From a virus (lineage: Duplodnaviria; Caudoviricetes): DNA of 64,000 nt. The position numbers were made by a program, and so were the translations under genes. This document shows positions 10,108 to 21,064 of this stretch, piece after piece (within the stretch, counting starts at the first letter, position 1; each line of letters starts with the position of its first letter). The notes below the pieces were generated by a model that worked only from the letters and a program-made list of their open reading frames with translations, was not told where the DNA came from and searched no databases. The stretch covers positions 1 to 64,000 of IMG/VR virus record IMGVR_UViG_3300032330_001040, one strand, 5' to 3'.

Positions 10108-12048
10108 ATGTCAACCGTAAAAATAACCGAACTGCCTTTAATATCGACTATTAATGCCAATACGGCCAACACTTTATTTTTAGGTGTTGATTTGCCAAAT
10201 TTAAGTACAGGTAAAATGACTGTAACTACATTGGCACAAGGTTTATATTCAAATAATACTTTAGTTGTTGGTCAAAGTAACCAACAATTACCAAATACAG
10301 TTGCTTCATTTTCTTTGAGTGGTGATTCATATGTACAAACAAACTTCTTCAATTCAAATGATGGTGGTACTGCTGACCATGTAATTACTGCTAACTCTGG
10401 TTCAGGTGGTACTGATTCTAAATTGTTTATTGATATGGGTTTTGCTAATAAGAATTATGTTCCAGGTTCAGAGTTTAATAATATTGGCACAGCCATTCAT
10501 CCATTAGATGGTTATCTGTATGCTCAAGGCAATACAAACACAAGTCCTGGTGGTAACTTAATTGTTGGTACTACAACATCTAATACATCATTAAAGTTTA
10601 TTGTTGGTGGTGGTACGGCAGCTAACATAGTTGCTTATATGTCTAGTAATAGTTTGGTGTTAAACACACAATCATATATTACTTTTGCTGATGGTACAAA
10701 ACAATCTACAGCAGGCGCCACGAATGCTTATTCTATTGCTGCGTTTGCTCAGGCAAATTCAGCATCTGCCAATACTGTAGTTAGTCAAGGTGTTAATTCA
10801 ACTCAGAATACAAACATTCAATCTGCATGGACACAAGCAAACTTAGCCAACTCGATTGCTAATACTGCTGTACAAAATACAACAACTATATCAGTAAGAA
10901 ATTTAAACATTACTGGTAATATGGTTGCAAATACATTAGGTACAACAGTATCTTTTGATAATATTACTTCTAACAATGCAACATTCTCTAAAGACTTAGT
11001 TATTCTTGGACAATTAACTGCAAATACATTATTAGGTAACGTATTCTTTTCAAATGTTGTTACAGGAACATCACAGTCAAATTCAATACTTTGGTTTCCA
11101 CAATCAATTTCACCAACACAAGTACCTGGTCAAGTATGGTATTCTGCAAATACTATTTCTTTAATTCAAGATACAGATGTAACTGGTGATAGACCTGCAA
11201 TTTCTAAAGTTCTTTTTGAAAGAGTGTATAACAATACAGGTTCATCTATTCCTAATAGTTCATGGGTGCGATTAGCAGGCGGTGTTACTGCTAATGCTGT
11301 ACCATATATACAATTAGCAGACGCTGGTTCTGCCGCTAACTCAGTAGTAGAAGGTTTTGTTAAACAAAGTATTGCTAACGGCGCTTATGGTTTTGTATAC
11401 ACCAGAGGTATTATATCAGACCTTGATGCTTCTACTTTTGGCACTAACGGACAATTATTATTCTTATCAACAACACCAGGTCAAGCAAGTAATACGGCAC
11501 CTACTGGTGCAAACTCAGTTGTTGGTGTTGCTAAGATTCTATCAAATGGTTCTGCCAATGGTAAATTACAAGTTGCAATCGCTAATCAACAAGCATACGG
11601 TAAACCAAACGGTGCTATATTATTTGCCAACAATAATTTAATACAGGCAAGTAATACTTTATTCATCAATGAAACAATTGGCCAATTAAATGTTTCAAGC
11701 ACACTCTATGCTGCTAACGGTATCATTTATGCTTCAAGAACATATCCAAGCACACAGACAGCCATTACAATTAGTATGTCAACAGATACATGGGTAAGAG
11801 CAAACGTTGGTGCTTCACTTGGAGTAACAGTTTCAAATTTTGTTCAAGGTACTGAAGTGGATGTTATTTTAACAAATCCAAATGCCGGTGGTGGCGCAGC
11901 AAGAACGATTACTCATGGATGTTCTGCTCTTAATTCTTCTGTTGGAGCAACCACATTTAGTTTGGGTGGTACAACAACAGCATTTTTGAAATACTATTCT
12001 TTTGGTGCTGATTTAGCAAATACTTACGTTAAAGTATCCTTCTCATAA
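10108..12048 (+). CDS. Baseplate-attached fibre/appendage protein
   Basis: N-terminal VKITELP motif; Thr/Asn/Ser-rich beta content; GxGFVYTRG...LFLSTTPG module; between gp7 and gp8. Confidence 0.6.
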   Translation: MSTVKITELPLISTINANTANTLFLGVDLPNLSTGKMTVTTLAQGLYSNNTLVVGQSNQQLPNTVASFSLSGDSYVQTNFFNSNDGGTADHVITANSGSGGTDSKLFIDMGFANKNYVPGSEFNNIGTAIHPLDGYLYAQGNTNTSPGGNLIVGTTTSNTSLKFIVGGGTAANIVAYMSSNSLVLNTQSYITFADGTKQSTAGATNAYSIAAFAQANSASANTVVSQGVNSTQNTNIQSAWTQANLANSIANTAVQNTTTISVRNLNITGNMVANTLGTTVSFDNITSNNATFSKDLVILGQLTANTLLGNVFFSNVVTGTSQSNSILWFPQSISPTQVPGQVWYSANTISLIQDTDVTGDRPAISKVLFERVYNNTGSSIPNSSWVRLAGGVTANAVPYIQLADAGSAANSVVEGFVKQSIANGAYGFVYTRGIISDLDASTFGTNGQLLFLSTTPGQASNTAPTGANSVVGVAKILSNGSANGKLQVAIANQQAYGKPNGAILFANNNLIQASNTLFINETIGQLNVSSTLYAANGIIYASRTYPSTQTAITISMSTDTWVRANVGASLGVTVSNFVQGTEVDVILTNPNAGGGAARTITHGCSALNSSVGATTFSLGGTTTAFLKYYSFGADLANTYVKVSFS

Positions 12049-12054
12049 TAAATA
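12047..12054 (+). promoter_or_regulatory. Late promoter AATAAATA (gp8)
   Basis: nATAAATA 4 nt before the ATG, no SD. Confidence 0.7.
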
Positions 12055-12058
12055 AACT

Positions 12059-13453
12059 ATGGCTAATCAAAATCTACTTACATACGGTTTCAATGCTTCA
12101 CAGATAAAACAAGACTATTATTCACCAAGCCTTGTTTTATCCGGAAGTACATCTCCAACCGAATCAATATATTGTTTTCTTTCTCAGGTGCTTCCTTGGA
12201 CTGATGATAATAGTCCAGATACTCCATTACAATCACAAAGATATCTTAAAAATGTATTTAATAGTATGTTTGTGGCAAAACATATCACTTCAAATAATAT
12301 TACTCCTGTAGCACAAAGAATTGATTGGACTAGTGGTCAAGTATATGATTATTATCGTGATGATGTTGATATGTTTGAAAAAGACAGTTCAGGTTTGTTG
12401 GTCAAAAAATTCTATGTGAAAAATAGATATGACCAAGTCTTTAAATGTTTAGATAATAATAATGACGCAGCATCAACTGATGAACCTTTCTTTCAACCAG
12501 GTACATACAACACAAATAATGTATTTGCTAGTAATATTGACGGTTATAAATGGAAATATATTTTTACAGTAGATGTTGGTAGTAAAGTTAAATTTATGGA
12601 TTCAACTTGGATTCCTGTCCCTGTTGGTTCACATACTCCAAATGCTTTAACTACAGCCGGTACTGGTAGTATTGATGCCATCATTCTCACAAATGGCGGT
12701 ACAGGTTATGAAGTTTCAAATACCTCAATAACAATTAGCGGAGACGGTACTGGAGCCTCGGCAAATTTAACAATTTCTAGTGGAGTTATTACTGATATTA
12801 ATATCTTCAACCCAGGATCAAATTATACATACGCCAACGTGTCTATTACATCAGCTAACACTATGGCGTCAAACGCTACAGCATTTGCACCTGTGTCTCC
12901 TGTAGGCGGACATGGTTATGATCCGGTATCTGAATTAGGTTGTAATCATATCATGTATACTGTTGAATTCAATTCAACCGAAAGATTGAATGGTGTTGAT
13001 TATATTCCAACCGATATTGATTATCGGCAAGTTGGTTTATTAATTAATCCGATGTCAGACGGAAACTCAACGGCATTTGCAAATGGTTCAATATATGATT
13101 TAAGTACGCACGTAACTGTTGCATCAGGTTTTGGAACATTTACTGCAGATGAAGCTGTAACTCAAACTGATATTAATCCAAACTCAACAACGTTTGGACA
13201 AGTTGTTTTTTCAGGAACAGTTTTAAGTTTTAATACATCAACCAATGTAATTAAGCTCATAAATACTAATGGAACTCCGATAACAAATTTTTCAATACAA
13301 GGCGGAGATTCGGGAACCACAAGAACTTTATTAGCAACAGCCCCACCAAAATTTATGAAATTTTCAGGATACATAGCTTATATTCAAAATAGAAGTGCTG
13401 TACAGAGAAGCTCAGACGGAATAGAACAATTTAAATTTGTACTAGGATACTAA
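12059..13453 (+). CDS. gp8: Baseplate wedge subunit gp8
   Basis: RIDWTSG..YDYYRDD, VFKCLDNN, DGYKWKYIF, GGHGYDPVSELG, YRQVGLLINP. Confidence 0.9.
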   Translation: MANQNLLTYGFNASQIKQDYYSPSLVLSGSTSPTESIYCFLSQVLPWTDDNSPDTPLQSQRYLKNVFNSMFVAKHITSNNITPVAQRIDWTSGQVYDYYRDDVDMFEKDSSGLLVKKFYVKNRYDQVFKCLDNNNDAASTDEPFFQPGTYNTNNVFASNIDGYKWKYIFTVDVGSKVKFMDSTWIPVPVGSHTPNALTTAGTGSIDAIILTNGGTGYEVSNTSITISGDGTGASANLTISSGVITDINIFNPGSNYTYANVSITSANTMASNATAFAPVSPVGGHGYDPVSELGCNHIMYTVEFNSTERLNGVDYIPTDIDYRQVGLLINPMSDGNSTAFANGSIYDLSTHVTVASGFGTFTADEAVTQTDINPNSTTFGQVVFSGTVLSFNTSTNVIKLINTNGTPITNFSIQGGDSGTTRTLLATAPPKFMKFSGYIAYIQNRSAVQRSSDGIEQFKFVLGY

Positions 13454-13462
13454 AGGAATAAA

Positions 13463-16400
13463 ATGGCATTAAATTTTAACGTTGACCCATACTACGATGA
13501 CTTTGACCCGTCAAAAAACTTTCATCGAATTCTTTTTAAACCTGGATATGCGGTACAAGCTCGTGAATTAACACAAGCACAAACTATTTTACAAAGTCAA
13601 ATTTCCAAATTTGCTGATAACATATTTTCACAGAATACTCCAGTAACAGGTGGTAAAGTTACAACAAATTTAAATTGTTATTATCTAAAATTAAATACAC
13701 AGTATGCTGGCGTTGATATTACAGCCTCAAATTTTCTTAATAAAGTTATTCAAGATTCTACTGGTACAGTATTAGCCAAAGTTATTCAAACTATTGAAAC
13801 AACTACATCAGGCACAGTCACAGGGGATCCACCAACACTTATAATTTCATACTTATCTGGTGTTAAATTTTCTGATGCACAAGTCATTTATTGTGCTGAC
13901 GGTTCAAACTTTAATGCAACAACTTCTGGTATTTCTGGTGGTACAACTTGTACAGGATTATCTTCTGTAGCTTCAATTTCAGATGGTGTTTTTTATATTG
14001 TCAATGGTTATTCACAATCATCTACACCAAACTCTGATGGTAGTTTTACAAAATATTCTATTGGTAATTTTGTTTCGGTTCAACCACAAACTACCATTTT
14101 AAGTAAGTATAGTAATACACCTTCAGCTAGAGTTGGTTTACAAATTACAGAAACAATTTATGATTATATTAATGATGCTTCTTTATTAGACCCAGCGATT
14201 GGTGCTTCAAACTATCAATCTCCGGGTGCCGACCGTTATGTAATTCAATTAGAATTAATTACTTTACCTTTAACATTAGGTAATGATGATGGATTTATTG
14301 AATTACTTAGAGTTGAAAATGGTAATATACTAAAGCAAACTGATGACACAGTATACTCTGTTATTGATGACTATTTTGCTAAACGTGACTATGAAACTAA
14401 CGGTGATTACATTGTTAATGATTTTAAATTAACTCCAAACACAGAGAGTTCTGGTGATTCAACCAAATACAATTTAGGTGTAGGACCTGGTATTGCTTAT
14501 GTTCATGGTTACAGAGTAGAGAATCAATCAAAAGTTTTGTTGACAGGTAATAGAGCGCAAACAACAGAATCAGTAAGTGATAATGGTGTTTATATTGATT
14601 ATGGAAGTTACTTCTATGTTGATAATGCCAATGGAGTATTTGATGTTACAAGCATGCCTAGTGTGGATTTACATTCAGTTCCAGCTTCAAATATTGTTTC
14701 TACAAATACAACTACATACACATCAACATTAGTTGGTACTGGTTATATTAGAAACTTATCATACAGTTCATTTGGAACAAATTCTAATACAAAATCATAC
14801 GTATATAAGGCATATGTTAATGATGTAAAAACAAATACATTAAGTAGTAATGCGACTGGTTCATCAACAACTACTAGTATTGCTTTCTATGATACGACAG
14901 GCAAATTCTCATCTAAAGCCAACGCATACTATGGTGCCACAATATCTATTACTGGTGGTACAAGTGTTGGTGATATTAGAAAAGTTGTTTCATATGATGG
15001 TTCTACAAAAGTTGCTACTGTTGACCAAGCATTTACAATAACACCAGATACAACATCTAATTTTTCTATCGTCTTTAATACTACAGATATTGAATCTATT
15101 GTACAAGTTAATGGTTCATATGGATTAACAGCTAACGTAAATATTAATTCAAATAGTGGTAAAGTTAGTGGTATTAATACTGGTGATACAATCTATCAAA
15201 GTGTTGGCATGCCAGAAATGATATTCAGTCTTGGTTATCCATTTGCAGCCACATTAACTAATACAGATTACTATTCAACAAAAGTATATCGTGGAAAAAC
15301 ATTTACAGGTAATGTGTTAACATTAGATTCTAAATCAGGTAATGCTAGTAGCCCAATTAGATTCCAAGGTTCGGGTACATTAAGTGCTGATGCTGTTAAA
15401 CAAAATTTTATTGTTATTGACAGAGCAACGGGCAGTTTATTAGACTTCTCATCATCAGGCAATACAGTATCCATTTCAGGTAGTAATACTGCAACATTTA
15501 CAGGTAATACAACATCAGGAATATATTCTGGTAAGACTGTTGATATTATTGCTCAAGTTCAAGTATCAAGTGGTGATTCAACTTCATATGTTTTAAAGAG
15601 TAAAAATCTTGTTAAAGGCAATACAACTGCTGCTCTTGCTCAGGTTTCTGGCACAGTAGTTGCCACAAACTCATATGTGTATCCAACAGCAGGCCAAGTT
15701 TACATTCTTAACGCTGGCATTTCTAATCCACCATCTTCAATATCATTATATGTTAGTGATGTTAAGAAGATTAAAAAGATTGTTGATACAAAAGCATCAG
15801 GAACAGTTGTAACAAATGCCATGTTATCAGATTCTACATATGATGTTACAAACTTCTTCTCATTTGATAATGGTCAAAGAGATAATTTTTATGACCATGC
15901 TTCAATTAAGTTATTACCTGGTGCTCCAAAACCACAAGGTAATATTTTAGTTATATTTGATTGTTATGACCATACTGCAGGTAGTAGTGGCGATGGATAC
16001 TTTAGTGTTCGCTCTTATTTGGGTTCCGGTTCTGGTGGTGTTGCCACTTCTCCAGAAAAATATGCAGAGATTGGAAGTTATACAAGTACACATGGTACAA
16101 CATACAGACTTGCTGATTCTGTTGACTTTAGACCAGTCAGAGCAAACTTCTCAACAACACGTACTTGGGAATATACAGCCACACCAACAAATTCAAATGA
16201 TGTGGGTACATTGATACCTTATAACCTTTCAAATTTCCAAGGTGATTATTCTTATTATTTGGGAAGAAAAGATAAATTAATTTTAACTAAGGATAAACAA
16301 TTCTTAATTATAGAAGGTACACCATCTACAAATCCTAGATACCCAACTGAGCCAGATGGCTCTTTGGTTATTGCAAATATATCACTTGACCCATACACAG

Positions 16401-18784
16401 CTTACGTTCCTGGTGAAAACTCACCTACTGAAACATCTAGTTTGTCAATTAACAAAGTATTACACAAACGTTGGGCTAAAAAAGATATTACAGACTTGGA
16501 AGACCGTGTTAATAATTTAGAGTATTATACCTCATTAAATTTATTAGAACAAAATGCACAATCATTACAAGTACCAGATGCAAACGGTTTAAATCGTTTT
16601 AAAAATGGTATTCTTGTTGATGACTTCTCATCTTTCTCTACTGCTGATACAACTAATCCAGATTATAGTTCAAATATTAACATTAGAAAAAATCAATTAT
16701 CACCATTGTCGTTGGTTAATAATTTCCAATTACAAAACCCAGCTGTATTAGCCAGTTTAGGTACTTTATCTAATACAAATACATATGCAGTATCAAGTAT
16801 ATCTGGAACACAAACAAATATATTTACACTACCATACACAACATCTAATGTGATTGTTCAACCTTTGGCAAGTAGTACGATAAGCGTCAATCCATTTAAC
16901 GTAGTTGTTCAAGAAGGTGTTACACAGTTGAATCCTCCAATGGATAATTGGGTTGATAACAATCAAGCGCCTGCAATATTGGTGACCGACCCAGCATTAC
17001 AAGTATATCAGCAGTCAGCTGGTATTAATTATACTAATATGGGTGATTGGCATACAATACCTGGCACAACAACTTCAACTTCAACAACAACAAATTATGA
17101 GAACCATGGAAGATTTAATGGTCCATATGGCGGTAATATTGGTTATAGTCAAACATTAACCAATACTTACGGAAGTCAACTACAAAATATTACATCAAGC
17201 GGTTATACATCTATACCTACAGGTTCAGCAATTAACAATGGATTTTTAACAAACATTTCTATATTGCCTTATATTAGACCTCAACAGATTGTAGTTAAAG
17301 CTAAAGGTTTATTAGTAAATACTCCTATCTCAACATTCTTTGATAGTAAAAATGTTGGTCAATATATGACCGCACCAAACACGATTGAATTAACTAATGT
17401 TAATGCTACAAATGGTGGATTTAAAGAGAATGATATCGTAGGTTTCTATCTTGCTGGTACAGGTAATTTCTATCCTGTTGCTCGTGTTATTTCTGTTTAT
17501 AATTATCCAAACTTTGGCACATCAGGTTCAGCAAATACTTCAAGATTGTATGTCGCTAAAGTTGTTAATACAGCAAACACTTATGGTACAACAACTTTAC
17601 AAAATGCAACCTTTGATTCAAATGGAAATTATTTAAGTTCTGGTAATACAGCACAAGGAACATTAACATCAACCAATATCATTACATTACACCAATCAGG
17701 AACGGTATCTGGTGTTGGTGGTGGTTATGCTAACGTCTTAGGCGGAAGTGCAACGACACAATACTATGTGGCACCAGATGTAGGCAACTATAGTTCATTC
17801 TTAAATCAGTATGGTATTTGGGGTGACCAAACTAATAGTACAACATATAATGCTGCTTTCCCTGTAGTATTTTCAAGCACAGATACTTATACATTAACTA
17901 TCGCTTGTTCAGGTTCAGCAACAGTTTATTCAAATGGAACATCAATTGGTACATCATCTTCTGTATCCCCAACAACGACAACTGTTTCTATTTCAGCAAG
18001 CGCAAATCCAAAAACAATATCTTGGTCTGCATCAAGTAGTGGAACAACAACTTCTGCTTTTGCTTTAACAATTACAAATTCAGCTGGCACGATTGTATTT
18101 GATACTACTAATCCAGTTTACTATTCAACATATAGTGTACCAACAGGTGTATCAACTGAAATTATTATGCCAAAAGGTGGTGCATGGTTTACAGGAGTAA
18201 CTCAAGTTAAATTGGCTTCTGATGCTTCTTCAAATACAAATTTCTATGCTGGTTCAAAAATTAATATCACATCAAAATATGTATATGAAGTAACCGTTGC
18301 TGCTACATATGTACCTCCTCCACCAGCACCTTCAGGTGGTGGCGGTGGTGGTGGTCGTGTAATTTGTACTCATATGACTGAGATTGGTGAAATGTCATTA
18401 GATGACCTTGCTGCTGACTTAGAATTTACAAAACAAATTGATGAGAATACAATCAAAGGTTATCATTCTTGGGCATTTTTCATTGTTGAACATATGAGAA
18501 AACATCCAAAATCATTAGTAACTACAATTGCAAAATACTTGGCACAACATAGAACCAATGAGATTAAATATCAATTAGGACTTACAGATAAACCAGATTA
18601 TATTGGTAAGTATGTAAGATTCTTTGGTGAAACTTATTGTTGGGGTCTAGGTACTCTCATAAATAATTCAAATATGGTTGGTGTAAAAGAAAAAATACAA
18701 AAACAACTTGAACAAGCAGAGAAAACATTAAAAGAACCAAGCATGAATTATATTGCTAAGGTATATGAAAAGGCATTCAAATGA
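13463..18784 (+). CDS. Large virion structural protein (DUF4815/VrlC-like), N-terminal part, with an appended Gly-linker + VICT helical domain
   Basis: NFNVDPYYDDFD..KNFHRILFKPG.AVQARELTQ, PGADRY, LEYYTSLNLLE, RFKNGILVDDF. Confidence 0.85.
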   Translation: MALNFNVDPYYDDFDPSKNFHRILFKPGYAVQARELTQAQTILQSQISKFADNIFSQNTPVTGGKVTTNLNCYYLKLNTQYAGVDITASNFLNKVIQDSTGTVLAKVIQTIETTTSGTVTGDPPTLIISYLSGVKFSDAQVIYCADGSNFNATTSGISGGTTCTGLSSVASISDGVFYIVNGYSQSSTPNSDGSFTKYSIGNFVSVQPQTTILSKYSNTPSARVGLQITETIYDYINDASLLDPAIGASNYQSPGADRYVIQLELITLPLTLGNDDGFIELLRVENGNILKQTDDTVYSVIDDYFAKRDYETNGDYIVNDFKLTPNTESSGDSTKYNLGVGPGIAYVHGYRVENQSKVLLTGNRAQTTESVSDNGVYIDYGSYFYVDNANGVFDVTSMPSVDLHSVPASNIVSTNTTTYTSTLVGTGYIRNLSYSSFGTNSNTKSYVYKAYVNDVKTNTLSSNATGSSTTTSIAFYDTTGKFSSKANAYYGATISITGGTSVGDIRKVVSYDGSTKVATVDQAFTITPDTTSNFSIVFNTTDIESIVQVNGSYGLTANVNINSNSGKVSGINTGDTIYQSVGMPEMIFSLGYPFAATLTNTDYYSTKVYRGKTFTGNVLTLDSKSGNASSPIRFQGSGTLSADAVKQNFIVIDRATGSLLDFSSSGNTVSISGSNTATFTGNTTSGIYSGKTVDIIAQVQVSSGDSTSYVLKSKNLVKGNTTAALAQVSGTVVATNSYVYPTAGQVYILNAGISNPPSSISLYVSDVKKIKKIVDTKASGTVVTNAMLSDSTYDVTNFFSFDNGQRDNFYDHASIKLLPGAPKPQGNILVIFDCYDHTAGSSGDGYFSVRSYLGSGSGGVATSPEKYAEIGSYTSTHGTTYRLADSVDFRPVRANFSTTRTWEYTATPTNSNDVGTLIPYNLSNFQGDYSYYLGRKDKLILTKDKQFLIIEGTPSTNPRYPTEPDGSLVIANISLDPYTAYVPGENSPTETSSLSINKVLHKRWAKKDITDLEDRVNNLEYYTSLNLLEQNAQSLQVPDANGLNRFKNGILVDDFSSFSTADTTNPDYSSNINIRKNQLSPLSLVNNFQLQNPAVLASLGTLSNTNTYAVSSISGTQTNIFTLPYTTSNVIVQPLASSTISVNPFNVVVQEGVTQLNPPMDNWVDNNQAPAILVTDPALQVYQQSAGINYTNMGDWHTIPGTTTSTSTTTNYENHGRFNGPYGGNIGYSQTLTNTYGSQLQNITSSGYTSIPTGSAINNGFLTNISILPYIRPQQIVVKAKGLLVNTPISTFFDSKNVGQYMTAPNTIELTNVNATNGGFKENDIVGFYLAGTGNFYPVARVISVYNYPNFGTSGSANTSRLYVAKVVNTANTYGTTTLQNATFDSNGNYLSSGNTAQGTLTSTNIITLHQSGTVSGVGGGYANVLGGSATTQYYVAPDVGNYSSFLNQYGIWGDQTNSTTYNAAFPVVFSSTDTYTLTIACSGSATVYSNGTSIGTSSSVSPTTTTVSISASANPKTISWSASSSGTTTSAFALTITNSAGTIVFDTTNPVYYSTYSVPTGVSTEIIMPKGGAWFTGVTQVKLASDASSNTNFYAGSKINITSKYVYEVTVAATYVPPPPAPSGGGGGGGRVICTHMTEIGEMSLDDLAADLEFTKQIDENTIKGYHSWAFFIVEHMRKHPKSLVTTIAKYLAQHRTNEIKYQLGLTDKPDYIGKYVRFFGETYCWGLGTLINNSNMVGVKEKIQKQLEQAEKTLKEPSMNYIAKVYEKAFK

Positions 18785-18897
18785 GATATATTAAAATTAT
18801 TCTTTCTTTACCTGCTATTCTTATTGGTGGAATTGGACTAGTAGCTTTATTTTCTGTTCTTGTTCCAAAAACTCTTATCGGCAAAGTGGTAAAATAA
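18781..18897 (+). CDS. 38-aa hydrophobic, probably single-pass membrane peptide (MRYIKIILSLPAILIGGIGLVALFSVLVPKTLIGKVVK); not in the ORF track
   Basis: ATGA overlap with the upstream stop; its TAA abuts the next ATG; fills the intergenic gap exactly. Confidence 0.7.
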   Translation: MRYIKIILSLPAILIGGIGLVALFSVLVPKTLIGKVVK

Positions 18898-21063
18898 ATG
18901 ACAACACAAACATTTTCAAGCATTTACAATTATACCGCAACTATAACAAGTTATGATGCAACTACAAAAATTGCTACATTAGATACTCCTGTAAACATTT
19001 CTTTAGGATATAATGATGATTATGGTGTTGTAGCTTCACAGTATAGTCTTGATGGCCGTTTATCAAATTTAGCAACAGCGATTCAATCAGGCAATACTGC
19101 CACATTATCAACTGATGAAAAAGGTAATTTTGTTGGTATCTTTAATGTTCCTTCTACTACATTTCAAACTGGTACAAGAGTATTTCGTATTGATAATAGA
19201 ACTGTTGCAACTGCTCCTGATTCAGCAACAACATATTCTGAAGCCACATTTACTGCTTCCGGATTACAGACTTCATCACAACAATTAAATTTTTCACCTT
19301 CTGTTGATGCTTCAGCAGGTTCTTTTACACAAGTGAATCAAATAAGTAATCAACTAATTGGAACAATCTCATCAATTTCTCCGTATGATCCTTTAGCCCA
19401 AACATTTATTGTAGAAAAAGATAATTATCCTAACGGTATTTTTATAAAATCTATAAAATTATTTTTCTATTCAAAACCAACACAAGATATTCCTGTTACT
19501 GTATCGATTGTTGGTACATTAAATGGATATCCTAACGGTCAAGTTGTGCCTTACTCAACTAAATTATTACATCCAAATCAAGTATTGACATCAAATAATC
19601 CACATTACTTAGATTCTAGTACATATACAGAATTTATGTTTGATGCACCGGTTTATATACAACCAGGTGAAATGTATGCGTTTATGATTAAATCAACTTC
19701 AGCTGATTATCAATTGTATTATGCGCAACAAAATACTTTGGCTGTTCCTTCAACGGCTAAAGCTTTACCGACAGATGATAAACCATCAAATCCAACTAAA
19801 ATTGGTGCTTTACCACAAGTTGGTTCATTATTTGAATCACAAAATGCCATCACATGGACAGCAGACCAAACTAAAGATTTGATGTTTGTAATAGATAGGT
19901 GTGTATTCAATACAAGTAGTGCAACAATACCATTTGTTGTTCCACAAAATTTACCATTTAGAAAAATGGGTGATGATGATATTTTACATAAATTAAATCC
20001 TGATAGTGTGTCTAATTTATATGGTAACCATTCACAAGATGCTTTAGTTGATGCGTTAAATGTTTCAACTACAGATTTTGTTCCTTCTGGTGCATCTATT
20101 AATTATTCTTATATTACAACTTTAAATTCAGACCACACAAAAACAACAGCGCAATCTATTACTCCAGGAAAATTTGGTACGCCAACTCCAGAGAGTGTTT
20201 ATTTGGATGATGGACTTGGAGAAAGAGCTTTAATACAAACTTCAAATAATTCATTCTCTTTATATGCTACATTAAGTACTACTGATTCTGATGTAAGCCC
20301 CATTATTTCAGATGACGGAGTTTCACTTTACACAGTAAGATATTTAATTAATAATATGGAGTTAAGTAATTCAGTTATTGGTATTACTGCTTCAGGTAAT
20401 GGTTATAATGTTCTTACATCTACTGTTACAGTTAGTGCTCCGGATCTTTCTACTGGCGTACAAGCAACCGCTGGAGTTACAGCGAATGCTAGTGGTTCAA
20501 TTACATCTTGTTATATAATAACTCCTGGTTCTGGTTACATCAAAACACCTACAATTACTATTAGTGACCCAACAACAAGGTCTGGAAAATCAAATGCTTC
20601 TATTGTAGTGTATGGAGAAACTTCACCTAAAGGTGGTAATTCTTGGACTAAATATTTTACTAAGAAAGTTGTACTCACACCAAGTAATGATTCTGGTGAT
20701 TTGAGAGTATTCTATACTGCTTATAGACCAACAGGTACAAACATTTTTGTTTATTACAAAATATTAAATAGAAATGATACACAAAATTTTGAAGATGGTT
20801 CTTGGCAGTTGATGTCAACTTTAAGTAATCCTAATACATTCTCAAACTCAAGAGATAATTTAATTGAATTTGAAGCTGCTCCTGGTGTTTATGGTAGTAC
20901 TCAAGCCAATAATAATATTTCTTATACAAGTACAACTGGCCAAACTTATACAGAATTTAGTCAATTTGCCATTAAGATTGTATTGGCAACCAATGATAAT
21001 ACTGTTGTACCGTATTTAACAAATCTTCGTGCATTGGCACTACCACCAGGAACAGGTATCTAA
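18898..21063 (+). CDS. DUF4815/VrlC-like virion structural protein, C-terminal part
   Basis: DPLAQTF, GIFIKSIKLFF, GSLFESQNAITWTADQTKDLMF, FAIKIVL...LRALAL are the usual C-terminal motifs of this family. Confidence 0.85.
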   Translation: MTTQTFSSIYNYTATITSYDATTKIATLDTPVNISLGYNDDYGVVASQYSLDGRLSNLATAIQSGNTATLSTDEKGNFVGIFNVPSTTFQTGTRVFRIDNRTVATAPDSATTYSEATFTASGLQTSSQQLNFSPSVDASAGSFTQVNQISNQLIGTISSISPYDPLAQTFIVEKDNYPNGIFIKSIKLFFYSKPTQDIPVTVSIVGTLNGYPNGQVVPYSTKLLHPNQVLTSNNPHYLDSSTYTEFMFDAPVYIQPGEMYAFMIKSTSADYQLYYAQQNTLAVPSTAKALPTDDKPSNPTKIGALPQVGSLFESQNAITWTADQTKDLMFVIDRCVFNTSSATIPFVVPQNLPFRKMGDDDILHKLNPDSVSNLYGNHSQDALVDALNVSTTDFVPSGASINYSYITTLNSDHTKTTAQSITPGKFGTPTPESVYLDDGLGERALIQTSNNSFSLYATLSTTDSDVSPIISDDGVSLYTVRYLINNMELSNSVIGITASGNGYNVLTSTVTVSAPDLSTGVQATAGVTANASGSITSCYIITPGSGYIKTPTITISDPTTRSGKSNASIVVYGETSPKGGNSWTKYFTKKVVLTPSNDSGDLRVFYTAYRPTGTNIFVYYKILNRNDTQNFEDGSWQLMSTLSNPNTFSNSRDNLIEFEAAPGVYGSTQANNNISYTSTTGQTYTEFSQFAIKIVLATNDNTVVPYLTNLRALALPPGTGI

Positions 21064-21064
21064 T

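Noticed and set aside
18314-18897. Classical intein or group I intron interrupting the DUF4815 gene
   Set aside because: No recognisable Hint blocks or terminal HN-C/S/T, no homing endonuclease, and the insert is fully protein-coding; kept only as a split-domain finding
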